Sequence record: MW250786
Reading direction: 5' to 3' (one strand)
From: Escherichia phage UPEC06
DNA: 64,000 bases
Made by a program: the position numbers and the translations under genes. The notes beneath the pieces are model-generated. The model did no database searches. It had not been told where the DNA came from and saw only the letters and a program-made list of their open reading frames with translations. Shown piece by piece: positions 1 to 9,367 of this stretch. The first letter of the stretch is position 1, and the number at the start of each line of letters is the position of its first letter.

Positions 1-150
1 ATACTGATCGTGGTAAGTATCGTCATAACCAAACGAATCATCAACCAGATCATTAAACTGCAACCAACCTAAGTATTCATGCTTACTTGCAAAACCACGC
101 TGGAACCATTTAGTTTGCTCAACCGGAACTGTCAATTTAGCTTTACCCAT
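1..150 (-). CDS. hypothetical protein, partial (N-terminal part only; gene continues beyond window start)
   Basis: Reverse-strand ATG at 150 opens a frame (MGKAKLTVPVEQ...) that runs off the window edge; not in the ORF track because under 60 aa. Confidence 0.3.
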   Translation of the reverse strand, partial: MGKAKLTVPVEQTKWFQRGFASKHEYLGWLQFNDLVDDSFGYDDTYHDQY

Positions 151-164
151 AATATTTCTCCTTA

Positions 165-638
165 TTATTTAATCAGTGCCTCAGAAAACTCAGGAAGATC
201 CATAACGATTGTTTCGGAACGATCTTCTTTTCGTGTGTATTTACGGGTATTCACTTTTTCAACAACCGGAATATCAAAATCCAAAGAATTAACAAAAGCC
301 GTCGCTTTAGAACTACTAACATCTAGGATATCCATCTTTTCGTAGATATCTACAAGTGGGAATTCTGATTTGTCACGTAGACGTCCAGAAAACACTGTTG
401 TTTCACGACAAAGGTACGGCTTATCGATACAACGTACATTCACTCGGTTAATTCGGTCAATCTGGCAAGGTTTGTACTCACCTGTCTCTTCATTCAGGAT
501 GGAGACTTGGAAACCGATCAGGTGAAGAACTTTACGAAGAGTCTTGTCATCCTTCGGGTCGAAGTTCATGATTTTTGCACATTCCAAAATGAAATCCAGA
601 GTTACTGCACCGTATTTAACTTCTTTCTTAAAACCCAT
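165..638 (-). CDS. hypothetical protein
   Basis: ORF track 165..659; the second in-frame ATG (MGFKK) is preceded by GAGGAG at SD spacing, so start placed at 638. Confidence 0.45.
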   Translation of the reverse strand: MGFKKEVKYGAVTLDFILECAKIMNFDPKDDKTLRKVLHLIGFQVSILNEETGEYKPCQIDRINRVNVRCIDKPYLCRETTVFSGRLRDKSEFPLVDIYEKMDILDVSSSKATAFVNSLDFDIPVVEKVNTRKYTRKEDRSETIVMDLPEFSEALIK

Positions 639-660
639 TTTAATCTCCTCGTACAACATT

Positions 661-684
661 TTAAAAAGAGGGGCAATATGCCCC
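661..684 (-). terminator. putative rho-independent terminator (minus strand)
   Basis: GGGGCA-ATA-TGCCCC hairpin followed on the minus strand by a T-run, directly downstream of the 727..1758 gene. Confidence 0.4.
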
Positions 685-726
685 AGCGCCGATAATAATA
701 TAAAATTAACTAACCAATGTCAACAC

Positions 727-1758
727 TTATTTTGCAACATGACCAGGAATTAACTGGCGATGTTGAACAAACCCTTTCAGGTTTCCACTCCAGAAGTTAC
801 CGTCACGATCTACGTGAGTAATACCTTCCTGCCAGGTACTGAATTGAGTTGGGTGGTTAATTGACCACAAGACTTCACCATACTCATTGGTGTGGTGGTA
901 CTCTTGTTCAATCTCCTTCGCCTGATGCTCGAATGGAGAAGCGTGGACCTTTTTACCGGATACAAGTTTGGCATAAATATCCAAAGCTTTATCTTTTGTA
1001 TTGTTAAGACGACGATAACTTACCTGCCCACAACAAGAGGAAGAGATAGACAAAGCCTCTTCTTCAGATAGCATAATGTGATTTCCATCTTCATCCTGTA
1101 CACAATACCCTGCGAAAATATGTCCATCACCCAAAGGTCCAGAATCGAAGCAATGATCTACGTAAGGCGTATGCCACACCCCAGGCTGCAACAATTCTGG
1201 AGTAGAAGCTTTATAAGCTTCGTGCATTTTCTTAGCCAATACTTCGATCGTTGGGTCTGCATCTGCATCAACACGTAACCAGAAGAAGTTTTCAAATTCT
1301 GTTGCTGTAACGATAGTCTTCATCATCTGGAACGGCTCGATCAATCGGTTAGCAATCTGCTTATGGAACCCCGCTGCCTCGAAACGTTCTGCCCACTCGC
1401 AGGCATTTTCCGCAGCCTTGGCCCAAGCTTCTCGTCCGGTACAGTACAGTTCATGACACACGCCACTTGTATCTTCCACCCAATCATACCATACTTTACC
1501 ATCATGTTCTGTTCCTTTATCCTGCATACCAGGTTGGTTAGCACCAAATCGAACAGGCATTGCCATATTTTCACGGATCAGTTTAACCATTGTCTTGATC
1601 GGCACTGCACGAGAAGACATTGCATTTCGGCTAAACAGTCGGTGCGTCATAAGTTCTGAATGAATGAATCGAGGATAGGTCAATTCAAACGTGGTGATAC
1701 GAGCTTTACTACGGTAGCCAACAGAATCTGCAATAATACGGGCTTCAATCATGGACAT
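727..1758 (-). CDS. putative flavin-dependent thymidylate synthase (ThyX-like), divergent
   Basis: THRLFSRNAMSSRA resembles the ThyX RHRx7-8S signature; protein is longer than typical ThyX; next to nucleotide-metabolism genes. Confidence 0.4.
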   Translation of the reverse strand: MSMIEARIIADSVGYRSKARITTFELTYPRFIHSELMTHRLFSRNAMSSRAVPIKTMVKLIRENMAMPVRFGANQPGMQDKGTEHDGKVWYDWVEDTSGVCHELYCTGREAWAKAAENACEWAERFEAAGFHKQIANRLIEPFQMMKTIVTATEFENFFWLRVDADADPTIEVLAKKMHEAYKASTPELLQPGVWHTPYVDHCFDSGPLGDGHIFAGYCVQDEDGNHIMLSEEEALSISSSCCGQVSYRRLNNTKDKALDIYAKLVSGKKVHASPFEHQAKEIEQEYHHTNEYGEVLWSINHPTQFSTWQEGITHVDRDGNFWSGNLKGFVQHRQLIPGHVAK

Positions 1759-1774
1759 TCAAATCTCCTCTCTA

Positions 1775-1981
1775 TTAATTTAAATCTTCAACAAATTGTG
1801 GCAAGTAATCTTCAATTGGGCTAATCAAATCATTTTCTCTTACAATTTCCAAGTTAGCAAGTCTTTTCTTTGCCAAGTAAGAAATAAATTCCTTAGTATC
1901 TACCCTGTGTCCTTCTAGTGCCAACTTACCGTCAATATAAACACCTTCCCAATCTTCACCTTCGAAAAATACTATTTTCAT
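1775..1981 (-). CDS. hypothetical protein
   Basis: ORF in the leftward gene array; start/stop overlap with neighbour. Confidence 0.35.
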   Translation of the reverse strand: MKIVFFEGEDWEGVYIDGKLALEGHRVDTKEFISYLAKKRLANLEIVRENDLISPIEDYLPQFVEDLN

Positions 1982-2163
1982 TTTATTTTCCTGATTTTGT
2001 AATCAACACGAACATCATACATAACGTGAAGATACATGTCAAACATTTCTTTGCACATATCGCTTTTTACTTTGAAGGAAGCCAAAAGGCTTCCATTTTC
2101 TTTAGAAAGGATCTCTACATAATCCCCTTCCCTAACTACCCACCTTCCTTTACCACATCTCAA
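1978..2163 (-). CDS. hypothetical protein
   Basis: Small ORF tightly packed between neighbours. Confidence 0.3.
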   Translation of the reverse strand: MRCGKGRWVVREGDYVEILSKENGSLLASFKVKSDMCKEMFDMYLHVMYDVRVDYKIRKIK

Positions 2164-2765
2164 GATTCTCTCTCCAAAATAAATTCAGCAATCGATGCCC
2201 AATCGCTAGTTACCAAGTCGTAACATCCGATCTCTTCTTCATCTTGACTGAAGGGCGTATCATACTTGATTTTTACTACCTTGTCACTAAATTGATTCAA
2301 AAATTTATTACGATCATCAATGATGTAATCACCCGAAACTCCAGCCTTGTACTTTGTAGCATAAAAACCACACCCGTCTGTTCCATTTTCAAGGTCCAGG
2401 TTAGGGAAGTGTCGCTTCAAGAAACGAACCTTACTGCTAAAATGACCTTTCTTGCAATAAGAAACAAACCGAATAGGGAATCCTGCGGCATGTAACTTGT
2501 TGATTGCATCTACCGCTCCCGCAATAGGGAACATCTTATCATACAAGAAAGGATCTTCCCAATAATCATAAGGAGGGATAGCCTTCTTACAGCGATCAGG
2601 GAAGTACCGAGAAAGATTGTAATCAAAATACCCATTCTCGCTAATGTCCTTGTCCATAAGGTCAGAATCAGCCTCCATATTATAGATGCTTTCCATCCAG
2701 TGCAACCAAGGCCATCCAGAATCAACGATAGTTAAGTCAACATCCACAATGATCGCTTTTTTCAT
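2160..2765 (-). CDS. HAD-superfamily 5'(3')-deoxyribonucleotidase-like phosphatase
   Basis: N-terminal IIVDVDLTIVDS (DxDxT/V HAD motif I) and C-terminal YIIDDR motif. Confidence 0.55.
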   Translation of the reverse strand: MKKAIIVDVDLTIVDSGWPWLHWMESIYNMEADSDLMDKDISENGYFDYNLSRYFPDRCKKAIPPYDYWEDPFLYDKMFPIAGAVDAINKLHAAGFPIRFVSYCKKGHFSSKVRFLKRHFPNLDLENGTDGCGFYATKYKAGVSGDYIIDDRNKFLNQFSDKVVKIKYDTPFSQDEEEIGCYDLVTSDWASIAEFILERES

Positions 2766-3404
2766 TTACTCTTTCCCCTCTGAGAGTTTGATAATTAATT
2801 TTGCAGTTTCAGTTAGCTTACCATTAACGTTTTCAACGTCGAAATCTCTAGGTCGTGCACTTTCAGGAAAATTCTCAGAGTAAATATAATTACGAGAATC
2901 GCCTTCAAAAGTTAATTTATTACCAGTTCGTGGATCGGTACGGTGAAGACGGATCAATGTGTAATCTCCATTTACCGCCTTCACTACCGGAACGCTTTCA
3001 TGAACAAATCCACCATCAGAGCTAATAAACGTACAGGTATAACCATTCATTTCCATACTTTTCGCAATATCTTTGACACGCTTGGCAAGAGCAACACCAA
3101 AGTATTCTTCTCCGAAGAGAGGCTTCGCAACATTCTCAGAGATATGGATCAGCCAGTTACGTGGAGACACTTGTTTACCTGCAACATTGAAATATGGTTG
3201 AGGCACTTCTTTATAATCACGGTGGTAAAGTGCATCCCACAGTTCACGATTAATACCTGCAATACGAATAGCTAGATCGATAAGGGAACCTTTAAACTCA
3301 ACATGAATACCTACGTTATTATCTACCGTAACTAACTCTGCAATCTCTTTAGCAAGAGCATCTTTACCAGAAAAAGCAGGACCATTCAAATTGATAAATT
3401 TCAT
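2766..3404 (-). CDS. deoxynucleoside monophosphate kinase (P-loop)
   Basis: N-terminal MKFINLNGPAFSGKD P-loop resembling the T4 gp1 dNMP kinase N-terminus. Confidence 0.55.
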   Translation of the reverse strand: MKFINLNGPAFSGKDALAKEIAELVTVDNNVGIHVEFKGSLIDLAIRIAGINRELWDALYHRDYKEVPQPYFNVAGKQVSPRNWLIHISENVAKPLFGEEYFGVALAKRVKDIAKSMEMNGYTCTFISSDGGFVHESVPVVKAVNGDYTLIRLHRTDPRTGNKLTFEGDSRNYIYSENFPESARPRDFDVENVNGKLTETAKLIIKLSEGKE

Positions 3405-3425
3405 ATTAATCTCCTCTCAGTTTCA

Positions 3426-3451
3426 CAATAAAAAACCGCCCCGAAGGGCGG
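3426..3451 (-). terminator. rho-independent terminator (minus strand)
   Basis: CCGCCC-CGAA-GGGCGG hairpin followed on the minus strand by TTTTTATT, downstream of 3463..4557. Confidence 0.55.
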
Positions 3452-3462
3452 TTAAATCAAAA

Positions 3463-4557
3463 TTACAGAATGTTTGCCAGCGTTTTCTTCATCGCTGCCT
3501 TCTCGCGAACATTCTGACGATCTCGTGCACAAGAACCACATTCCTGGCAACGATAAACCTTGAACTTAGACAAGAACGTTACTGCTTTTTTACCTTCTTC
3601 AACAACCAGGTCGTCACTACCACAACGAACACAACGCATAGTTGATTGATCTTTGTGGAACAATGCAACGTTTGGATGTTTACGCATGAAAGGTCGTACA
3701 GTCAGGTACAGTTCTTCCAGCGTTGGGATATCACCAATGTTATATTCTTCCATCTCATCAAATGCTGTCGGATCACCTTCAACACAACGTCGCCACAGAC
3801 TGAAACCTTCATGCGACAGCTTACGACTATCAAGTTCAAAATAGTTACATGCTGCTTCAAGTGCATTTGAAGGAAGAGAGAAAGCTTCTTTCAGCGCAGC
3901 CAATGTATCGATCGTAATGTAAGGACTTGGTGGTTGCATACCGTAGTATGCGAAACGCTGGTTTGCCCAACCACGGTCAAAGCGAGCATTATGTGCGATG
4001 AAGATATCACATTCATCCAGAACTTTCCACAGGTCTTCGATCAACTTACGATCTGACTGGTGATCTCGTGCAAACTCTTCTGGATAATCCGTCAGCTTAC
4101 GGCTGAAGATCGACGGGTTGTGCAACCACTTACCAGCAAATGTCAGCATGTACGGTTCCATAATTACCTGCTTCGGTGCAATGAACTGTTTAAATCGTCC
4201 AAACGAATATGCAACAGAAGGAGATGTTTCAACGTCACCAAGGAAAACTTTAGCACCTGGGTTCTGCTCTTTGATCTTTTCAATAAAATCTTTTTCAATC
4301 TTAGCAACAGGTTCACCACTCGACTCTTTCTGCTGCATATATTCTGCATAGTTTTCGTAATCTTCATACGCCGGAGTCATTTCAAGGAGTTCTTTAACAC
4401 TTGAAACATCATTCTTTTCAATTTCACGACGGATCATATTACGAACCGTGGATTCCTGAGACTCTTTACCCAATTGGCGAGCTACTTCGCGCTGAGACAT
4501 ACCGTGTTTCATCAGTTGCAGAACTTGTTCAACAGTAAAAGTTACTTTATTAGTCAC
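3463..4557 (-). CDS. DEDDh (DnaQ-like) 3'-5' exonuclease domain protein with N-terminal HTH and C-terminal zinc ribbon
   Basis: HTH-like segment (SQREVARQLG), DVETS (exo I-like), FIAHNARFD (exo III HxxxxD), C-terminal CVRCG...CQECGSC. Confidence 0.5.
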   Translation of the reverse strand: MTNKVTFTVEQVLQLMKHGMSQREVARQLGKESQESTVRNMIRREIEKNDVSSVKELLEMTPAYEDYENYAEYMQQKESSGEPVAKIEKDFIEKIKEQNPGAKVFLGDVETSPSVAYSFGRFKQFIAPKQVIMEPYMLTFAGKWLHNPSIFSRKLTDYPEEFARDHQSDRKLIEDLWKVLDECDIFIAHNARFDRGWANQRFAYYGMQPPSPYITIDTLAALKEAFSLPSNALEAACNYFELDSRKLSHEGFSLWRRCVEGDPTAFDEMEEYNIGDIPTLEELYLTVRPFMRKHPNVALFHKDQSTMRCVRCGSDDLVVEEGKKAVTFLSKFKVYRCQECGSCARDRQNVREKAAMKKTLANIL

Positions 4558-4567
4558 TAAAAACTCC

Positions 4568-4813
4568 TTATTTAAAAAATTCGATTACATCGGCAACAGC
4601 AAAGTCACGGATATCTTGTTTATCTACATCATACGCTTTCATAAACCACTGTTCGCCACGATGATACGGCGATTCACCATACCACATTACTGGCGTACCA
4701 GTTACAGTACGATAACCACACTCACCTTTCCAATTGCGGTAATAAAACCGCAAGGTTGGTAAACCGTATGTGTTATGGTCAACTTCTTGACTCATACAAA
4801 TAACCCTCCTCAA
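4568..4813 (-). CDS. hypothetical protein
   Basis: ORF track; overlaps the upstream gene end by about 35 nt. Confidence 0.3.
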   Translation of the reverse strand: MRRVICMSQEVDHNTYGLPTLRFYYRNWKGECGYRTVTGTPVMWYGESPYHRGEQWFMKAYDVDKQDIRDFAVADVIEFFK

Positions 4814-5357
4814 GTTTATCGATAAACGCTTTCACATAAAGAGTTATCATCTCTCCTTTATCCAAACCCTCATCGATAACTACATTGTACCTCAATAAAG
4901 CGTTCATTGCAATTGTTTCTTTCTTTAATCTCTTCAAATATTTTTTCAGGTCAGCAACAATCTCACCATGAAACTTTCTTGAAGAGTAATCCCTTTCGAG
5001 ATAGTCAGCCATTCTACGTAGAACTTCACTCATTGTCAAGTCTGTTTTATCTTCCATGTGTTTAGACCAAAGTTTTTGTACACCGCCTTCGAAAAGGTTC
5101 AGGGTGCTTCCAATAACACCCCTAACCTTTCCATCAAAGTGATCATGGTCTAAACAAGGCTTCTCCATAACTTCACCCAGTATAGCACAAACTCCCTGTT
5201 GGTCAAGCAATATTTCATCACGATATTTTGCTATTTCCTTCGACCCACTCACCCAAAGATCCTTATTCAATTTAACACGGATAGGTGTAGTTGCCTTATC
5301 CTTCGCTGTGAATAGTGGCCTCTTTGACCGCCGCTTCCTCACTCTCGGTACTCGCAT
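4779..5357 (-). CDS. endonuclease VII-like (T4 gp49-like) junction-resolving nuclease
   Basis: CAILG...PCLDHDHFDGKVRGVIG matches the endo VII Cys / DHDH / GKVRG core; true start may be internal. Confidence 0.5.
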   Translation of the reverse strand: MRVPRVRKRRSKRPLFTAKDKATTPIRVKLNKDLWVSGSKEIAKYRDEILLDQQGVCAILGEVMEKPCLDHDHFDGKVRGVIGSTLNLFEGGVQKLWSKHMEDKTDLTMSEVLRRMADYLERDYSSRKFHGEIVADLKKYLKRLKKETIAMNALLRYNVVIDEGLDKGEMITLYVKAFIDKLEEGYLYESRS

Positions 5358-5964
5358 GTACTCCCTCCAAGGCCAAAGCCATTAAGAACTCACCGTGTGT
5401 AGGTGCAACAGGGTTTTCAAAATACTCTTCCATTCCGAAGCGATAAAGTGACATTGGAAAGTTTATATTACTAAACAGACTGTTGTCAACATTATTTTTA
5501 AACTCTAATGGAACGTTCGAATCAAAATCCTTAAAGAATTCAGATCGACTTGAGTTTATAAAAACCCTTAAAGCATTATCAAAAATCGGATTACCTTTTT
5601 GCTTCGTCAAATAAAGTAATTCTTTCAGTGAAGCTTTATCAGAAACAGATTTGAAAGAATACCCACTGATGATGATCTCGTCAAAACACATACCTCTGAC
5701 TTTTTGCCAAAAAGACCACTGTGCAGAACTGATCGTCTGAATGTGCATGTTCAGCTTAGATCGTTCATTAAACAGGTTTATATCGTAACCACTACGATCT
5801 TTCTGATAAGAACCAAACCCCAAGCTATTTGCAGTGTGCTTCAGTTTAGCAATGAAATCCCCCCTTTCGAGGGTATTCCAACAGATCACTAATTTCTTAC
5901 TCTGGTAAAACTCTTCAGATTCATAGCGTTCAATAACCGTTTCGTTCAAGGTAGCATCTCCCAA
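5296..5964 (-). CDS. hypothetical protein
   Basis: ORF track; no recognisable motif. Confidence 0.3.
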   Translation of the reverse strand: MGDATLNETVIERYESEEFYQSKKLVICWNTLERGDFIAKLKHTANSLGFGSYQKDRSGYDINLFNERSKLNMHIQTISSAQWSFWQKVRGMCFDEIIISGYSFKSVSDKASLKELLYLTKQKGNPIFDNALRVFINSSRSEFFKDFDSNVPLEFKNNVDNSLFSNINFPMSLYRFGMEEYFENPVAPTHGEFLMALALEGVHASTESEEAAVKEATIHSEG

Positions 5965-6508
5965 TTAAGTAGGCATCTGCAAGATCTGTAGACCCGCCGT
6001 TCTTACCTGTCTTTGAATATCCAGCTAAAAACCCAGGTTCCATCAACTCGCAAACCTTCATCATTTGATCTTTATCCATTTTAATTTTTTCCATCTTCGT
6101 ACCTTTTGCATTCATCACTTCTTGTTCTTCACCAGGTAACTTACCTCGTGCCCAAGATTTAACGGATGTTGGTGCAATTGTGTGTATGTTGTCCATACTA
6201 TACCCATCTCGAAGCAGTGTCAACTGAATACAGAAAAATAATCCTGCAAGATCCCTTGTCGCATTACCAGCAGAGCCGAAACTCAAAGACTCTAATACGA
6301 TCTTCTCAACCTTAAAAGATTCACAAATATCTGCAATGTGTCTAGAGATGTATGCCATCTGCTCGACAGGGTTGTCAAATCGAATCTGCCAGTCCTTGGC
6401 ATTTGCAGATCCGGTGGTTTTTAATACCTCTTTAAAGATCGGTTCATTACCGTCAAAAACTACACATGCACAAGAAGCCATACTCTGATCGATGGATAAA
6501 ATTTTCAC
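5930..6508 (-). CDS. putative RuvC/YqgF-like nuclease (tentative)
   Basis: N-terminal ILSIDQSMASCACVVF resembles the RuvC ILGIDPGS..GYGV first strand with catalytic Asp. Confidence 0.3.
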   Translation of the reverse strand: MKILSIDQSMASCACVVFDGNEPIFKEVLKTTGSANAKDWQIRFDNPVEQMAYISRHIADICESFKVEKIVLESLSFGSAGNATRDLAGLFFCIQLTLLRDGYSMDNIHTIAPTSVKSWARGKLPGEEQEVMNAKGTKMEKIKMDKDQMMKVCELMEPGFLAGYSKTGKNGGSTDLADAYLIGRCYLERNGY

Positions 6509-6816
6509 GCTGATTCCCCTTCTTCGGTATTATCAAGATAATGATACTGGTCGATTAAGAACACATAGTTCTTTACTTCTCCGTCCATGTAAACCATAAA
6601 AGTTACATATTTCTCATCATAGAACGGATCACCAACAACATAGATCTGGCAGATAGAATCAACACGTTTGTCAAACCACTGGATTCGCCAAGGCTCCTCA
6701 AGCATAGTCCAAGGTTCTTCAATCTTGTAGACCTGGCGCTTTGCGCCAGGAACTAGTGCTGCACGAATTTCGTCAGCGATCATAACATCATCAAAACTCT
6801 CAGAAAAACCCGACAT
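6505..6816 (-). CDS. hypothetical protein
   Basis: ORF track; translationally coupled to neighbours. Confidence 0.35.
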   Translation of the reverse strand: MSGFSESFDDVMIADEIRAALVPGAKRQVYKIEEPWTMLEEPWRIQWFDKRVDSICQIYVVGDPFYDEKYVTFMVYMDGEVKNYVFLIDQYHYLDNTEEGESA

Positions 6817-7925
6817 TAAATACCTACCCGTTTTAAAGTTGAGGCTAATGTTGTCTTATCATTTTCTGTACGTTTCATATAAACGCATTGGAAAATAACA
6901 GATGCCCATTGACCAGCAGAAAACTTACGAAGATTACCCAAATGATCCGTATATTCAACACCTTCGGGGAACCAACTCTTATATTGTTCAATAATAGCCA
7001 ACCACATACTCTTCTCGTCTGCACAAGGGGAGATGACCTGGAAAGCCGATGTTTCACCAAAGCGAAGACCCTCGAAGGTTTGATATGGTTTAACGTTATC
7101 CGCTGCATCACCGAATAGCATTTGGTAACCGAAGAATTTCTTACCCCAACCTTTTACCTTACCAGACTCCATCCAGATCTCACCCATAGAATCATCGATC
7201 AACCAAAGTTCAGGATGTTTCCATGTACGCTCTGTTGAGTCACGCATTGTGTTAAACAACAAAGAAGGAACCTGAACCTGATCCTTATCGAATGATGCCA
7301 CAATATGACTAAACTTTCCAGTCTTCCGATAATTTAAATATCCTTTATATCCAAGGATCGATAAATAATCATCTGCCTCAATACCATCCACAATGATCGC
7401 ACCATACTTCTGCTGAACATATCGACGAGTCTCCCCAAGCAACAGAGGACGTAAAGTATCTTCACGGTTACCCTTATAGATCTCAGGGGTCGGGAGTGCA
7501 AGACGGAAGTTACCACCCCCACCTAAAACACCAAGCCCGTTTGCTGATCCTACGTGTTCAAGAATAGCATTGATCTTAATCTTCAATAAGTGAAGACAGT
7601 TCTCCACTGGTTCTGGAGTTTGCTTTTCAATGATCTCGAAATCATCACGTGTCCACGGAGTAAATTCTTTTCCGCGAGCAACCGCTTTTGCTTCCATATT
7701 AATGTTTTGGTCTTTTAACCATCCACCAACAACATTCTTTTGGCGACCCCAAAACTCTGTTTTATTCTTAAACTCTTTCTCTCGGCCTGTTTCTTTGTGT
7801 CGAGCGATGATCGTTCGTTTTTCTGCACCAGCCGCAGCAACATAGCAAGTTTGATCGAGATCAAGTGCAACAACCACGTTGTCTTCGACAATACCTGACC
7901 AATCTTCAATTACCGGATAACCCAT
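6816..7925 (-). CDS. putative 5'-3' exonuclease / flap endonuclease (RNase H-like, FEN family)
   Basis: VVALDLDQTCYVAAAG and GAIIVDGIEADDYLSILG resemble FEN/T4 RNase H motifs (IDxS...; ExADD). Confidence 0.45.
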   Translation of the reverse strand: MGYPVIEDWSGIVEDNVVVALDLDQTCYVAAAGAEKRTIIARHKETGREKEFKNKTEFWGRQKNVVGGWLKDQNINMEAKAVARGKEFTPWTRDDFEIIEKQTPEPVENCLHLLKIKINAILEHVGSANGLGVLGGGGNFRLALPTPEIYKGNREDTLRPLLLGETRRYVQQKYGAIIVDGIEADDYLSILGYKGYLNYRKTGKFSHIVASFDKDQVQVPSLLFNTMRDSTERTWKHPELWLIDDSMGEIWMESGKVKGWGKKFFGYQMLFGDAADNVKPYQTFEGLRFGETSAFQVISPCADEKSMWLAIIEQYKSWFPEGVEYTDHLGNLRKFSAGQWASVIFQCVYMKRTENDKTTLASTLKRVGI

Positions 7926-7938
7926 AGACCTCTCCTTA

Positions 7939-8442
7939 TTAAAATGCTTCGCCGTAATCTTCGTCTTCTTTAACTTCTTTTACTGGTCGCTTAAATTTGA
8001 AATCTTTACCCATGTATTCATACAGGTAATCGATATTCAAAGACCATTCTTGCTTACTTCTTTGTCGCCATAATGCCGCAGCTTGCATAATGTATTCTTC
8101 GGCAGCTTTCTTGTCAACACCGTTAACTTTCATAAAGTGTTTAACTGCACGAGTCATGTTACCAGTCGCTTGAGCACGACCGATATGTTTTACTTCGTGG
8201 CAAGGAGGGCATAAAGCAATCACGCCTCGTAACACAACTTCACCATTAACAAAGTCCCAGATTTCGTGAGCTTCTACAGGATGCTTACGCCCATTCCCAC
8301 CTTTGCCCCCACAAACCTCGCAAGTGTAGTTAGCTTCTTGATAGCACTTTCGACGAACTTTGTCCCAACCAGCTTGGGTAAGGTAAGATCGGAGGTTATT
8401 GTCCCAAGCTGTGCTTGGAATTAATTCGATAGTCAATTTCAT
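7939..8442 (-). CDS. HNH-family endonuclease-like protein
   Basis: CEVCGG...HPVEAHEIWDF...CPPCHEVKH: CxxC / H..H / CxxCH arrangement. Confidence 0.4.
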   Translation of the reverse strand: MKLTIELIPSTAWDNNLRSYLTQAGWDKVRRKCYQEANYTCEVCGGKGGNGRKHPVEAHEIWDFVNGEVVLRGVIALCPPCHEVKHIGRAQATGNMTRAVKHFMKVNGVDKKAAEEYIMQAAALWRQRSKQEWSLNIDYLYEYMGKDFKFKRPVKEVKEDEDYGEAF

Positions 8443-9087
8443 TTAATATGCCTCACATTTACCAATCATATTCATAGCTTCAGAAACATCGATAATCATA
8501 TCCGTTGCTTCGTCCCAAGCTTTCCCCAAAAGATTCTCTCCATACCAGAAACTTTCATCATCTACCATAGGGTGATTCTCATCCATACCGATCCCCCATA
8601 TACGATCTCTCGGGGAGGCTTCTACAAACTTCAAACCCTTTTTACGGTAACCCACCGCCAGTTCACGAAGATTACCATTGTCGCACATACGACTATACAC
8701 TAAACGAGTGACAATATTAAATTTATTTTCATCCCAAACCGCCTGATCAAAATTCTTTACCTTACGACCTAGCGTTTTAGCACCTTGCGGCGTTACGGCC
8801 TTGATGATCCTTTCCGCTGAATCTTTGTCACCGAAAAGCATAGCCTTTTCATACATCATGTAATGCTCACCAGTGTGGAAATAAATCCCCTTCATCTTCT
8901 GGTCGAAGTTTGAAAACGGAGAGATCTCCTGGTAATGATTACTAAAAACATCACGATAAGAATAAAAGAACACATGTTTATCAGTGACTCGCATAAAAAC
9001 TCCTATAGATCCAATGCAGATATTGAAATTAAGAATAGCACTACCGAAAGTAATCCATCCGGCGTACTGAAAAATCCAATCCAGCAC
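8443..9087 (-). CDS. NADAR (YbiA-like) domain protein
   Basis: FSNF...GEHYMMYEKAMLF...EASPRDRIWGIG aligns by eye with E. coli YbiA/NADAR signatures; first ~30 codons hydrophobic, start may be internal. Confidence 0.7.
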   Translation of the reverse strand: MLDWIFQYAGWITFGSAILNFNICIGSIGVFMRVTDKHVFFYSYRDVFSNHYQEISPFSNFDQKMKGIYFHTGEHYMMYEKAMLFGDKDSAERIIKAVTPQGAKTLGRKVKNFDQAVWDENKFNIVTRLVYSRMCDNGNLRELAVGYRKKGLKFVEASPRDRIWGIGMDENHPMVDDESFWYGENLLGKAWDEATDMIIDVSEAMNMIGKCEAY

Positions 9088-9130
9088 GCTCTTGTGAACA
9101 GGTAGAATGCCAGTATTAAAACGATAACCC

Positions 9131-9367
9131 CTAAGAATGTTTCGATTTTTCTAACTCCCGAGCCATGATCTTAGTAATGTCAGCAAACGCCACGTAAGCA
9201 TGTTTGTAACAACCAACGTCAACCTTAAGGGATTTGATCTCTTCTTCCAGTACATTTATTGTATGGAGTGTTTGACGAATAAGATCAACATCCTTAGTTG
9301 TTATATTGGGTGAAGCTGTCATTAACTTAAGCCTTTCTTTAATCGTTTCGATATCTTGATTATACAT
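9131..9367 (-). CDS. hypothetical protein
   Basis: ORF track; predicted coiled-coil character. Confidence 0.35.
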   Translation of the reverse strand: MYNQDIETIKERLKLMTASPNITTKDVDLIRQTLHTINVLEEEIKSLKVDVGCYKHAYVAFADITKIMARELEKSKHS

